From positions 576,001 through 640,000 of the forward strand of contig JAVJNR010000003.1 in NCBI GenBank assembly GCA_040217195.1: a DNA stretch of 64,000 nucleotides, written 5' to 3'. Numbering within the stretch: the stretch's first letter is position 1; each line of letters opens with the position of its first letter. Made by a program: the position numbers and the translations under genes. This DNA is from Leptospiraceae bacterium. GTDB taxonomy: Bacteria > Spirochaetota > Leptospiria > Leptospirales > Leptonemataceae. The notes under the pieces were generated by a model. It made no database searches and had not been told where the DNA came from. It saw only the letters and a program-made list of their open reading frames with translations. Below, one piece after another: positions 19,494 to 30,373 of the stretch.

Positions 19494-20384
19494 ATGCTGC
19501 ATATTTTAAAGAACATAAGAGTTATAGAGTTCAAACAAGGCTCGGTAATCTACGAAGAGGGCGATAAAGCGGATGGCTCACTGTATTTCATTCTGTCCGG
19601 AAGAGTCAATGTCTTCAAAACAATGGATGGTAAGCCCAGCCAGATCGACAGCCTGGGCGAAGGCAACTTCTTTGGAGAAGTGGGAATTCTTATGGATTAC
19701 CCCCGTACAGCGACGGTTATTGCCGCCTCATCAACAGTACGGATGGCACGTATAACAACGGAGTCCTTTCTTCAAGAAGCCGGACAGAATATGAAATTTG
19801 CGCTCAAGATGATTGGAATAACCATTCAACGTCTTGCTCGAATCGAACTGAAATTACAGATGGTACAGGAAGCTTTTACTGTGGACCTGGAATCCCATCC
19901 CCTGAAACCCATCCTGATAGAGAACCGCCAGAAGAATATGCAAATCGCCGATATGCTTCACAGCCTTCGCAGCATGATGCATTTCAAAGGGAAAAAACTT
20001 TACGGCGAAGGGGACCGGGATACTGGGGAAATGTTCATGGTATTAAAAGGAGAGGTGCAATTGATGCATGCTTTTGGAAAGCAGGAAGTTGGCTTCTACC
20101 CCCTTTATGCAGGGGACTTCTTTGGAATGTCCACTCTTACAGGAATGGCTCGCAGACCATATGGGGCCATGGTTACCGTAGAACATACCTCCATATGCGG
20201 CTTTGATAAAAACCTGTTCTCCCGGGTAATCCAGTCCGACCCGAATCTAATTTTCAGCATCTTTCGCACATTTGTTGCTTATAGCACCATCCTGGACGAA
20301 TATATGCGCAAGAAAGGAATTGAATCTATAGAGGATGGAAGAATTAATAAGATGGAAGCGAATATCCAGGATCCCGAGCTGTAG
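19494..20384 (+). CDS. Tandem cyclic-nucleotide-binding-domain protein (no HTH)
   Basis: IYEEGD...LYFILSGRV...FFGEVGILMDYPRTATV; second domain LYGEGD...MFMVLKGEV...GDFFG. Confidence 0.88.
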   Translation: MLHILKNIRVIEFKQGSVIYEEGDKADGSLYFILSGRVNVFKTMDGKPSQIDSLGEGNFFGEVGILMDYPRTATVIAASSTVRMARITTESFLQEAGQNMKFALKMIGITIQRLARIELKLQMVQEAFTVDLESHPLKPILIENRQKNMQIADMLHSLRSMMHFKGKKLYGEGDRDTGEMFMVLKGEVQLMHAFGKQEVGFYPLYAGDFFGMSTLTGMARRPYGAMVTVEHTSICGFDKNLFSRVIQSDPNLIFSIFRTFVAYSTILDEYMRKKGIESIEDGRINKMEANIQDPEL

Positions 20385-20548
20385 AGTCAAAAAAGCCAGA
20401 TTCCCAGAGCAAACCACAGTTCTTCCGAGTAGCACCGAACCTTGATGGCCCGGTGCACATTAACGCTAACAGCTTCTCTGATTTCATGAATTCAGCCAGT
20501 CCACTCCCGGGAGGGGATTCTGGATCATTTCAATTTCGGGGATGATTT

Positions 20549-21187
20549 CTAGGCCAATCTTTCGGCCAGTTTCTTGGTCAGATCTTTTCCCAGAATGCTT
20601 CGTATTCGCGCCATTAACGATGGATCAACTGATTCCAGATCATGCAGCGCCGTTTGAGACCAGCAGTGAACTCGCACCTTTCCGGTGGCCTTCACTGTGG
20701 CCGTGGCCGGCTCTCCCGTAAGAAAGCTCATTTCTGCAATGAAATTGTAGGCATCCAGTCTAACCAGGGTCTTGCGACCTCGCTTAACAACTGCCTGCCC
20801 ATCCACTATGAAAAGCAGATCATCCGGAGTTTCTTTCTGTCGAACAATGACAGAACCGTTGTACTCCCGATCCATTCCGGAATTCCATAATTTGAGGAAA
20901 TCCCGTTCGGAAAATTCATTAAATACCAGTTTATGAATCTCTCCCAGCTTTCCCTGTAATTTAAGCGGCTGCCTTTCTTGAAATAGAACTATGATATGAT
21001 ATGCATTGATGGCCAGAAAAAGTATTTCCCAGCCAGCTAGAAGTGGCTGATCGCTCAGTCTGCCATAGCCTATCATCAATATGCTGGACACAACCATGAC
21101 CAGTCGCAGCCACAGGATGTCCTTGAACAGAAAGGCCAGAAGCACTATGGCATTGGCTGCATGTAAGAATAGAGCTTCAGCGGACAT
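20549..21187 (-). CDS. Popeye-domain-like membrane protein (3 TM + cNMP-binding fold)
   Basis: HAAN...KDILWLRL...WEILFLAINAYHI...ERQP; then LLFIVDG, FIAEMSFLTG, ATATV. Confidence 0.8.
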   Translation of the reverse strand: MSAEALFLHAANAIVLLAFLFKDILWLRLVMVVSSILMIGYGRLSDQPLLAGWEILFLAINAYHIIVLFQERQPLKLQGKLGEIHKLVFNEFSERDFLKLWNSGMDREYNGSVIVRQKETPDDLLFIVDGQAVVKRGRKTLVRLDAYNFIAEMSFLTGEPATATVKATGKVRVHCWSQTALHDLESVDPSLMARIRSILGKDLTKKLAERLA

Positions 21188-21261
21188 GGTGAACCCATTC
21201 TTATTTTCGGCCCCCGGACGGCCAAAAAGGAGGGCCTGTGAACCGCTAAAATGACCGGATG

Positions 21262-21282
21262 GCTCCCGGAATAGCCGGGAGC
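21262..21282 (-). terminator. GC-rich hairpin downstream of atpK (possible terminator)
   Basis: GCTCCCGG-N5-CCGGGAGC perfect 8-bp stem about 40 nt after the atpK stop; no clear U-tract. Confidence 0.5.
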
Positions 21283-21319
21283 TCCTTGCTTATTTCAGTC
21301 TGAAAGAAGCGCTAATAGC

Positions 21320-21823
<504 letters not shown>

Positions 21824-21889
21824 TTAGGCCTTTTGGCCAAACTGCCTTTCGGCAAGAGCTCACCTCCTGTGAGCTTCTCCTACCGCCAG

Positions 21890-23893
21890 CTAACTGGCGG
21901 TCCGGTCTTCTTTCACCCGTTGCCTGAGTAAGAAAGGCTCATAAGCCACCCCACCACCTTTGAAATCCAGGTTCTTATAGAACTCCACAAAGGTTAAACG
22001 TAAAGGATGAACGAATGAGCCCAGAAGCGATAATCCAAGATTCAATGTATGCCCGACGATTAGAATGATGATGGAGACTGCCAGCAGAGGCGAAAGAAAT
22101 TCCGTATTCTCCGGATATCCAGGCAGAATCATAAATGCGATTTGATTGAATGCATTACCCAGCAAACCGCTAGCAAGCCCCAGAGCGAACAGTCGAATAT
22201 AAGAAAGAAAGTCTCCCAGAAATCCAGTGATAAACTGATAGAATTCCCAGATTCCGGTCAGAGGCCGAATCAGAAAGCTGCGATCCGGATTATTAAACAG
22301 AAAAAACAATGCAAGTCCGCCCACAGCCAGTATCTGGCCCGCCAGATAGGGTACCGATACCAGCCAGGTGCCTACCATCAAAGGGCCTATGCTGAAGCTT
22401 CTATCGAAGCCCAGGTTCAAGAAGTTTGTATGACAGGCCAGAACCAGTGCGCCTAGGGTAGCCAGTATCATTCCAACAGGCTTGATCACAAACACAGGAC
22501 CATTCATGCGAAATGAATTAACAGCCTGCAAGGACATACCCATCAGCAATTGCACAACACCAAGAAGCAATGACAATGTCATGGCGGGAAATACGGTAGC
22601 TCCACTGGAACTATAGCTTGCAAATAATGTCAGGTCTGAAGGAGCACCTATGATACTGCTGTGGGATCCAGGAACCTGAAACATATTCTCGCCAAAGAAT
22701 GTATTTAATAGTAGCCCGGCCACCGTGGTGGAAAGCCCCAGCACCAGTCCAAGACCGGCTATGGGCTTCCAGTTATGAGGCACCAATAGTAATAGAATGC
22801 CAGAAAGCGCGGAAACCACAAGCCCATATCCGATATCGCCCAGACACATTCCAAAGAAAATAACAAAGAACGGTGCAAAGAAAGGAGTGGGATCCAGCTC
22901 CATATAGTCTGGAAGAGAAAACAGCCTGGTTATGGGTTCAAATAGCCTGGCGAAGAATCCATTTCGCAAAGCAATGGGAACCATGTCTCCCGGCTCTGGG
23001 TCTCCGATGGTGCAGGAAATCTCCTGTTTTTTCAAAAAGCCTTCCACGTCGGCGGCTTTTGCTACCGGATAATAGCCCGTAATATAGAAGATAGTATCTC
23101 TGGAGTCCCTGGAAAGACTGTGCTTGGCGGCTTCGAAAGTCATTCTGGATTCGAGAACATTCATAGCCCTTTGAAGAGCACTCTTCCAGCTATGGCAGCT
23201 GAGGATATCTGCCTCCACGGCTTCCTGGCGGCGACGCACCTGGCCTAATTCCCGCTCCAACTGTGCCAGTCCTGTGGCCGGAAGCCCCACTTCTTCAAAT
23301 GGAAGCACCAGATTTTTGCCGGCGAATTCCAGTAGTGCGAAATAAACTCGTCCGTCCCGGCGATTTAGCACAGCCACATAGAAGACCGGAGCATCTTCGG
23401 GATCCAGGCTGGAAAAATCGAACTGATCAAAGGCCTTCTCCGATCCAATAAATAACCTGATGCGAATACCTCGCTCCTGCATTTCCTGCAATTTATCCAC
23501 AGGAAAATCACCCCAGAGCGAAAGTTCACGGTGACTCTGTTCCAGCTCTTCCGCTGCGGCCATCAATGCCTGTCGCTCATCAAATTTATCTTCCAGATAT
23601 CTTAGCTTTTTGCGAGCTGAATCCTTGTCTGCCAGCCCGGCAATATTGGAATCAGGAATGGTTCCGGCCCGCTGTTCCTTTCTTTTCGATTGGGCCAGCT
23701 TCTCCAGACCATCCAGGGCAGAGACCATATCCCTGTACCGATTCCGAACCTTCTTAAAGTGATTATATTTCTGAGCGTCCACATGGGCCACGGTATTCAG
23801 ATGTATTACACCCAGTCGCTGTAACCGGCCCAGGATTTTCTTTTTCTCCGAATAATGCAGGAATAGATTTACCTTCTTCATCTTTTCAATCAT
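21890..23893 (-). CDS. atpI: V/A-type ATPase subunit I
   Basis: MIEKMKK, ELDPT, FFGMCLGDIGYG, DFLSYIRLFALGL, VHPLRLTFVEFY. Confidence 0.95.
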   Translation of the reverse strand: MIEKMKKVNLFLHYSEKKKILGRLQRLGVIHLNTVAHVDAQKYNHFKKVRNRYRDMVSALDGLEKLAQSKRKEQRAGTIPDSNIAGLADKDSARKKLRYLEDKFDERQALMAAAEELEQSHRELSLWGDFPVDKLQEMQERGIRIRLFIGSEKAFDQFDFSSLDPEDAPVFYVAVLNRRDGRVYFALLEFAGKNLVLPFEEVGLPATGLAQLERELGQVRRRQEAVEADILSCHSWKSALQRAMNVLESRMTFEAAKHSLSRDSRDTIFYITGYYPVAKAADVEGFLKKQEISCTIGDPEPGDMVPIALRNGFFARLFEPITRLFSLPDYMELDPTPFFAPFFVIFFGMCLGDIGYGLVVSALSGILLLLVPHNWKPIAGLGLVLGLSTTVAGLLLNTFFGENMFQVPGSHSSIIGAPSDLTLFASYSSSGATVFPAMTLSLLLGVVQLLMGMSLQAVNSFRMNGPVFVIKPVGMILATLGALVLACHTNFLNLGFDRSFSIGPLMVGTWLVSVPYLAGQILAVGGLALFFLFNNPDRSFLIRPLTGIWEFYQFITGFLGDFLSYIRLFALGLASGLLGNAFNQIAFMILPGYPENTEFLSPLLAVSIIILIVGHTLNLGLSLLGSFVHPLRLTFVEFYKNLDFKGGGVAYEPFLLRQRVKEDRTAS

Positions 23894-24528
23894 GAAGCTT
23901 CCTCCTGTTCCTGAACTTGAAGCTCTGCCTGCTCATCCTCTTCTTTCTGACGGGCCTCATGCCTGGACTTTACAATCTTCTGAGCTGCCCGACTCAAATT
24001 CTCCTGGTCTTCGAGAAATCCTTTAATCTTTCGCAAAGCATCCCTGTATTCCGGGATCTGAACCTTTTCGTATAGATTCACCTTCTGGGTTGTTTTCTTT
24101 CTGGCATAATGAAGGATCTCAACGGTTTGCTCGGTTAGCTGAATCCTTACATTGATTTCGTTTAATGTTTTAACGACTCGCACACCTTCCGCTACCCAGC
24201 CTCGGCCTGCGAAATAGGAGAAGTCCCGCACCTGAAAGTCAATAGCCTGCAGTTCAGGAAGAGAGACTCCTGCGATATTTCGGTTTTGAATATCTACATT
24301 TTCAATTCTCACCAGGTCTGGAAACTCGGGCCAGAGCAAAGACACACCTTCCGTATCTGAAAGAAATTGTTCCAGTTCAGCCTTCAGTTTCTCCAGCTTC
24401 TCCTGGGCTTTTTTTACTTCCAGACGAAGAGCCGTTTCCTTGGCTTTCAGCGTAGGCAGGGCTTTGAGGCGAACGTTCAGTTCCCTCTTGAGCCGCTGCA
24501 TGGCAGTTTTGTTGAATTGATATTTCAC
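23890..24528 (-). CDS. atpD: V/A-type ATPase subunit D
   Basis: LPTLKAKETALR, KTTQKVNLYEKVQIP. Confidence 0.95.
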   Translation of the reverse strand: MKYQFNKTAMQRLKRELNVRLKALPTLKAKETALRLEVKKAQEKLEKLKAELEQFLSDTEGVSLLWPEFPDLVRIENVDIQNRNIAGVSLPELQAIDFQVRDFSYFAGRGWVAEGVRVVKTLNEINVRIQLTEQTVEILHYARKKTTQKVNLYEKVQIPEYRDALRKIKGFLEDQENLSRAAQKIVKSRHEARQKEEDEQAELQVQEQEEAS

Positions 24529-25847
24529 CTATCTACCCAGTATTTCTCCACAAGCTCATCTTTGATTCCTATCTCAGATTTCTTGAAATGTTTAGCCATC
24601 AAATCCCAGCCGCGATCAAGCATCGCATCTGTATCGATGTTGATATCTACAGCCAGCAAAGACCTTGAATAATCCTCTGCAAATTTCAGGGCCCTGGTGT
24701 CGTAGTTGGTAAGATCAAATCCGTTTTCCTTCTTTGTTCTTGCATTGGCCGCATCGGAAAACAATCGAACCAGACTATTCATTACCTGAGGGTGATCCTC
24801 TCTGGTTTTCTTCCCTATTACAATTTGCTTCAGTCGAGACAGAGAACGGAATGGATCCACAATAACCTTTCCCACTGTAGTATCGCGACGGAGGAAGAGC
24901 TGTCCTTCTGTAATGTATCCGGTGTTGTCTGGAATGGCATGTGTAATGTCGCCTTCATTAAGAGTCGTAACTGCAATAATGGTGATGGAACCTCCATCTG
25001 GAAACTGGGCGGCTTTCTCATAGATCCGAGCCAGATCACTGTAAAGGGATCCAGGCATGGAGTCCTTGGATGGAATCTGATCCATCTTATTGGATACAAT
25101 TGCCAGACCATCCGCAAATAGAGTCATATCGGAAAGCAGGACCAGTACCTTTTCATGATGCGTTGTGGCAAAATACTCGGCAGCACTGAGACACATATCC
25201 GGCACAAGAAGCCTTTCAACCGGAGGATTATCTGTAGTGTTTATGAATGAGATTATCTTATGCTGCACTCCTGCATTGTCGAATACGCTGCGATAATATA
25301 GGAAGTCATCGTTAGACAGTCCCATGCCACCCAGGATAATCTTATCTGCATGAGCTCGAAGTGCAACGTCAGCCATTACCTGATTATAAGGCTGATCTGG
25401 ATCCGCAAAGAATGGTATCTTCTGGCCTGTAACCAGTGTATTATTCAAATCGATGCCAGCAATACCGGTGGCAATCAATTCCGAGGGCTGCTGCCGACGC
25501 ACCGGGTTTACAGTGGGGCCACCAATCTCCACTTCCTGACCTTCAATTTCTGGACCTCCATCTATGGGATCCCCAAATGCATTGAAGTACCGGCCGGCCA
25601 GCTGAGGGCCCACCTTCAAAGTGGGTGATTTCCCGGTAAAGATCACCTTCGCATTGGTTGCAATTCCCTCTGTTCCGGAAAACACCTGTAGCGTAACTCG
25701 ATTGCCCTGAATCTTAACTACCTGAGCCGGTCGTTCATCTACAAATGCCATCTCCTCATTACCAACGCCTGTGGCTTCAAGCGTAACCGTAGCTTTTGTA
25801 ATGGCGCTCAATTCTTTATATACTTTCTGAAATGCAGTGGTTTCCAT
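24525..25847 (-). CDS. atpB: V/A-type ATPase subunit B
   Basis: TGIAGIDLNNTLVTGQKIPFF, MPGSLYSDLARIYEKA, PDNTGYITEGQ, SLSRLKQ. Confidence 0.97.
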   Translation of the reverse strand: METTAFQKVYKELSAITKATVTLEATGVGNEEMAFVDERPAQVVKIQGNRVTLQVFSGTEGIATNAKVIFTGKSPTLKVGPQLAGRYFNAFGDPIDGGPEIEGQEVEIGGPTVNPVRRQQPSELIATGIAGIDLNNTLVTGQKIPFFADPDQPYNQVMADVALRAHADKIILGGMGLSNDDFLYYRSVFDNAGVQHKIISFINTTDNPPVERLLVPDMCLSAAEYFATTHHEKVLVLLSDMTLFADGLAIVSNKMDQIPSKDSMPGSLYSDLARIYEKAAQFPDGGSITIIAVTTLNEGDITHAIPDNTGYITEGQLFLRRDTTVGKVIVDPFRSLSRLKQIVIGKKTREDHPQVMNSLVRLFSDAANARTKKENGFDLTNYDTRALKFAEDYSRSLLAVDINIDTDAMLDRGWDLMAKHFKKSEIGIKDELVEKYWVDR

Positions 25848-25928
25848 AAAATCGTGCCTTTCTCTGGGTACTTTTCCCTGTCTATTAAGGTCTACTTACT
25901 CTTTTTGCCGACTTCATATTCGACGCCC

Positions 25929-27695
25929 TTAACCTGGCACCGGCTCCGCCGCAGAGCGAGACAGTAGACTATCCAGTTCCTTTCTGTATTTGTGGAATGA
26001 ATCCGATTCGTATTCACTGTAGTTCATTTGTTTCATTACGTTAATTAGCTGTTTAAAGAAGCCGCTAACTTCTTCGTAATGATTCAATGAAAAAGTCCTC
26101 TTGCAAATTTCCATTACCAGATTAAGCATATACTTCTGCCTTTCCAGTGGAGTATTCGCATCGATATCGTCAAAAGCATCCTGCTGCAGAATAACAAAAT
26201 CCAGTAACTCTCCTTTCCAGAAAACCTCATGGTACTCAATGGGAACCGAGTCATCGCCCAGGATGCTTATTTGATCCGCCGCTTCTGTGCCTCTTCGCAG
26301 TATATCTCGGGCTTCATCGACTATGCCAGCCCAGCCTTCCTGAACATTCGCATCCAGATATTCCCTGAATTCAGGATATTCCAGATATTTTGAGTAAGAA
26401 TCCAGAGGATCAATGGCAGGATATCTCTTCGAATCCGCTCTTTTCTGTGCCAGCGCATAAAAACAACGAGCCGCTTTTCGCGTACTCTCGGTTACAGGCT
26501 CTTTCAGGTTACCGCCGGCCGGCGATACAGTTCCCACAAAAGTAATGGAACCGGTTTCTCCATTATTCAGCTCAACGAATCCAGCTCTGGCATAGAAATT
26601 GGAGATGATGGCCGATAGGTCCATGGGGAAGGCATCCGGACCAGGCAATTCCTCCAGGCGATTGGACATTTCCCGCAAGGCTTGAGCCCAGCGGGAGGTA
26701 GAATCCGCAAGCAGAAGCACTCGCAGGCCCATACTACGATAGTATTCGGCGATGGTCATTCCTGTGTAGACCGAGGCTTCACGAGCCGCCACCGGCATAT
26801 TGGAGGTATTGCAAATAATGGTTGTCCGTTCCATAAGCTTGCGACCGGTGCGAGGATCCTCCAGCTCCGGAAATTCAGTAAAGATTTCCACTACTTCATT
26901 GGCACGCTCGCCGCAGGCTGTAATGATAATCATATCTGCAGCAGCGTTCTTGCTCATTGCATGCTGCAGCACGGTCTTACCACAACCGAAAGGACCAGGT
27001 ACAAAACCAGTTCCACCTTCGGGCATGGGATTAAGAGTATCTATGGCACGTATTCCCATCTCCATCAGGCGAAATGGTCGAGGCTTCTTTACAAAGTTGG
27101 TGATGGGCACCTTCACAGGCCATTTCTGTCGCATGCTAACAGACTTAACCTGACCGGATTCGTTTTCCAGCTCGGCGATGGTATCGTCCACTCTGTAGGA
27201 TCCCTTGCCCACCAGAGTCTTGATTTTCCAGGGCCCCTTAAAAGAGAACGGAACCATGATCTTATGATCGATCCAATTCTCCTTCACTCGGCCCAGCCAG
27301 TCCGCTGCCTTTACAGAATCTCCCACTTTAGCGATTGGCTCAAAATCCCAGCTAGCTTCCGGATCCAGGGAGTCTGCCACAAATCCACGCTTCAGGAAAA
27401 CTCCATCCACCTTTTCCAGATCCATTTGCAAGCCATCATACTTTCTGGATAAAATACCGGGTCCCAGATCGATCTCCAGCATATGTCCAGTAAACTCCAC
27501 GGCTATGCCCGGGCGTAAGCCGCGCGTGGATTCAAATACTTGAGCCTGGGCTGTATGTCCCTGAATACGAATTACTTCTGCCATCAGTCTGGTATCCTGA
27601 TGAAGTATGTAGCAGATCTCATTTTGGCCTATAGGACCATCGCAATCAATGGTTACCAGGTTAGCGATAATACCGGTTACTTTTCCGTTGGTCAT
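25929..27695 (-). CDS. atpA: V/A-type ATPase catalytic subunit A
   Basis: P-loop PGPFGCGKT, CGERANE, NTSNMPVAAREAS, ADSTSRWAQALRE. Confidence 0.97.
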   Translation of the reverse strand: MTNGKVTGIIANLVTIDCDGPIGQNEICYILHQDTRLMAEVIRIQGHTAQAQVFESTRGLRPGIAVEFTGHMLEIDLGPGILSRKYDGLQMDLEKVDGVFLKRGFVADSLDPEASWDFEPIAKVGDSVKAADWLGRVKENWIDHKIMVPFSFKGPWKIKTLVGKGSYRVDDTIAELENESGQVKSVSMRQKWPVKVPITNFVKKPRPFRLMEMGIRAIDTLNPMPEGGTGFVPGPFGCGKTVLQHAMSKNAAADMIIITACGERANEVVEIFTEFPELEDPRTGRKLMERTTIICNTSNMPVAAREASVYTGMTIAEYYRSMGLRVLLLADSTSRWAQALREMSNRLEELPGPDAFPMDLSAIISNFYARAGFVELNNGETGSITFVGTVSPAGGNLKEPVTESTRKAARCFYALAQKRADSKRYPAIDPLDSYSKYLEYPEFREYLDANVQEGWAGIVDEARDILRRGTEAADQISILGDDSVPIEYHEVFWKGELLDFVILQQDAFDDIDANTPLERQKYMLNLVMEICKRTFSLNHYEEVSGFFKQLINVMKQMNYSEYESDSFHKYRKELDSLLSRSAAEPVPG

Positions 27696-27743
27696 TTTAT
27701 TTACTCCGTGAACTTCTTGGCCTCACTGGACTCAGCTTGCTAT

Positions 27744-28598
27744 CTACAGTGCCAGCTCATCAGCCCGAACCTGCTCTGGCAGAATCGAATTGGACAATAC
27801 CTTCTTAACAATTTCTCGCAATCTCTCTCGACCCGCTTCTTTCGTCCGATCCAGCCAGCGATGCGCCAGGCTTAACTCCAGAAAGTAAGCGAAGACCGCT
27901 ATTTCATCAAATTCATGGCCGCTGGACTCCTGCTCCAGATAATCAAGGATAAGCGAATCGATCTTTCTTTCTAGCTTATCCAGTAATCTTTGCTCAATCA
28001 GTTCCCTGAATTCCTGGATGAAGGGATAAAGCCCACCAAGCCCGAAATCAGGGAGATTGCTTGTGGCCAGTTGACGATTTAGATCGGTATCGCCTACCAG
28101 GATGGAATGCAAATCACGACCATCCCTTCTTCCGTTAATTGCGCTGATAATATTTTTGATATCTCGTTTAAAGGAAAAGTAACCGGAAAGGAAGGCACCT
28201 GTATCGCTTATGGCAGCTTCATAATATTGCCCGATGAGTTGATTCTCAGTTTGTAGCGTTAGTGGTTTCTGCAGATCAATTTCTTCAATGAATTGCTGCA
28301 TATAGACAGGCAGCTCTAGAAGTCCCAGGATTCCTTCTTCTAGATCCTGATGCGAAAACGCAGAGGGACGGTAAAATGAAATCTCCGAATCATCCTGAAT
28401 GCCCTGGCGGTCCCGGATCAAACGAAGGAGATTCTTATTATCGTTTCTGTACAGAAGATACGAGAATTGACGGGCATCCTCAGAAGTCAGTAGTTCCAGA
28501 ATATCGTTCTGGATAGTAGTCAGGTCCCGTTCGGCGGACTGATCGGCCGCATAAAGGTCCGGCAGGCCGCTAATCAGATAGTGATAGCGTTCTGCCAT
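27744..28598 (-). CDS. V/A-type ATPase subunit C-like (DUF2764 family)
   Basis: YHYLISGLPDL N-terminus, LDxxxEAGRERL C-terminus; position between E and A. Confidence 0.85.
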   Translation of the reverse strand: MAERYHYLISGLPDLYAADQSAERDLTTIQNDILELLTSEDARQFSYLLYRNDNKNLLRLIRDRQGIQDDSEISFYRPSAFSHQDLEEGILGLLELPVYMQQFIEEIDLQKPLTLQTENQLIGQYYEAAISDTGAFLSGYFSFKRDIKNIISAINGRRDGRDLHSILVGDTDLNRQLATSNLPDFGLGGLYPFIQEFRELIEQRLLDKLERKIDSLILDYLEQESSGHEFDEIAVFAYFLELSLAHRWLDRTKEAGRERLREIVKKVLSNSILPEQVRADELAL

Positions 28599-28600
28599 TG

Positions 28601-29212
28601 TTAGTTGCCGGCGTCGGACAGGAATCGATCTACGGTAATCTTTCGCAGATAAGGTTTGAGCAGTGCTTTCAACGATTCATCTGTGAAATCCAGCTGAAAG
28701 CTACTTCCCTTTTTTTGTACCTGGAAACCTGCACCTATGTCTAAAAACTGAATCGATAATCCATCCAGTTCTTTCTGGATGGCAGCCTGAAATTTCTCAT
28801 CCGCGGACTTTCGCATGGATTCCGGCAAAGTTAGTTCAATGGATACAGCACCGTCTTCTTTCCAGTTTTTTCCCAGAGCAAGAACCATTTCCTGAATAAA
28901 CTGTGAATCCAATGCAGCTTCCTTAACAGAATCCGATAGAACCCTTTCCGATAGTATTGCTATGATTTGACTTCGTAGCCGACTGAGAGCCTGGGTGGAT
29001 GCAAGCTTCAACTCGGACTCTGTGGACTGTTTCAGATAATCAGCTTCCGAACGAGCTTTTTGAAGAATGGACTCCGCTTCCTTCTGCGCATTGCTCAGTA
29101 TCTCCTCTACCTCTGAGTTGGCTCTGGAGGTAATCTCCTGGGCTTCTTTACGAGCTTTCTGCAGCCCATCCTCGTAAATCCGATTAACAAGAGTATCCAG
29201 GTTCTGTTCCAT
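28601..29212 (-). CDS. atpE: V/A-type ATPase subunit E
   Basis: LVNRIYEDGLQKA, coiled-coil A-rich region, GFQV...DFTDESL. Confidence 0.9.
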   Translation of the reverse strand: MEQNLDTLVNRIYEDGLQKARKEAQEITSRANSEVEEILSNAQKEAESILQKARSEADYLKQSTESELKLASTQALSRLRSQIIAILSERVLSDSVKEAALDSQFIQEMVLALGKNWKEDGAVSIELTLPESMRKSADEKFQAAIQKELDGLSIQFLDIGAGFQVQKKGSSFQLDFTDESLKALLKPYLRKITVDRFLSDAGN

Positions 29213-29304
29213 TTCTTTGCAGATCGCAGTACTCACAATACCCGGGCAAGCGATTTTGAAAAACTCTGTTAAAGCCCCCTGGATATTTTAGATATTTAGA
29301 CTAT

Positions 29305-29331
29305 TTAGAATGATTCAAAAACTCATTCTAA
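29305..29331. promoter_or_regulatory. Perfect 9-9-9 inverted repeat upstream of the V/A-ATPase operon
   Basis: TTAGAATGA-N9-TCATTCTAA, preceded by short TATTTAGA-like direct repeats. Confidence 0.45.
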
Positions 29332-29358
29332 TTTGGAAAGCACAGTAGTACCGCAGTG

Positions 29359-30342
29359 TCAAGGATTGCTTAACACGCTTTTTGCGCATCGAAAGCCAAA
29401 ATGATGAGGAGGACGGTTATCCGGCCTGTACGCCCTTCGCTTCGCAGCCCGGGCCCAATCCCAGTCCCAGTACCAGGAGCCTCCTTTCACAACCTTCTGG
29501 GCATATCCAGGGCAATTGGGCGCTCCATTGCAGGGGCCGGCCGGATCCTTGCCCAGGCACTGGTCTGCGCATTTCCGCCGATTGGGTTCGTACCAGTCCG
29601 AGACCCATTCGTGAACATTGCCGGACATATCATAAAGACCGTAGATCCCGGTCGGACGGGAACCAGGTGCTTTTGGACCTCCGGTAGGTTGATGGTCGGA
29701 ATCGCATCCCCGAACTCCGTTTTCTTTAATTACAGCCAGCTTGCAGCTGGCCTTTTCATTTCCCCAGGGATATGTATTTCCGGATGGCCCGCGGCTGGCT
29801 TTTTCGAATTCCGCCTCCGTGGGCAAACGACGCCCTTTCCATTCGCAATATTTCTTTGCTTCGTACCAGCTGGCTTTCACCTGGGGAAGTTCATCCCCCC
29901 GCATGTGTAAATAGTTGGAGATTACATTTTTGCAGGCCCCTGCCGCAACGCACTTCTGATAATTTGCAGTGCTTACTTCGTACCGGTCCATTAGAAAGGT
30001 GGATACTTCCACTGGGACCTGAGGATGCTCGTCCTTCCATTCCGGATTGTTGCTTCCATAAATGAAAGTGCCACCGGGAACACAGGCCATGTCCGGTGGA
30101 ATCTCTTCCGGACATTCCTGGAATTGATTTTCGCGGGCCTCGGGTCCGGAACAGAAAGCCAGGAGCATTGAAAATGCAATAGAGGCCAGAAGTCCGGAAA
30201 ATTGGTAGCTCTTCTGCAACGCTCTAATGGCAGGACCTGGTCTGGTTCTAGAATTGTGCGGTAGAAAGGAATGCATAACCCAGGCCATCAGATCCTTCCA
30301 TACAGTCAGTCCATTTCCTGAAAAGAAATAGACTGACTGCAA
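29359..30342 (-). CDS. Formylglycine-generating-enzyme (FGE/SUMF1) family domain protein (start uncertain)
   Basis: VPGGTF, DEHP, MDRYEVS, RLPTEAEFEKA, YPWG, GLYDMSGNVHEW, KGGSW, GFRCA. Confidence 0.9.
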   Translation of the reverse strand: MQSVYFFSGNGLTVWKDLMAWVMHSFLPHNSRTRPGPAIRALQKSYQFSGLLASIAFSMLLAFCSGPEARENQFQECPEEIPPDMACVPGGTFIYGSNNPEWKDEHPQVPVEVSTFLMDRYEVSTANYQKCVAAGACKNVISNYLHMRGDELPQVKASWYEAKKYCEWKGRRLPTEAEFEKASRGPSGNTYPWGNEKASCKLAVIKENGVRGCDSDHQPTGGPKAPGSRPTGIYGLYDMSGNVHEWVSDWYEPNRRKCADQCLGKDPAGPCNGAPNCPGYAQKVVKGGSWYWDWDWARAAKRRAYRPDNRPPHHFGFRCAKSVLSNP

Positions 30343-30373
30343 TGTCTGGAGGACCGCAAGGCGGCCCCCAATG

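Noticed and set aside
26682..27452. 256-aa + strand ORF
   Set aside because: Antisense shadow of atpA with no recognisable motifs
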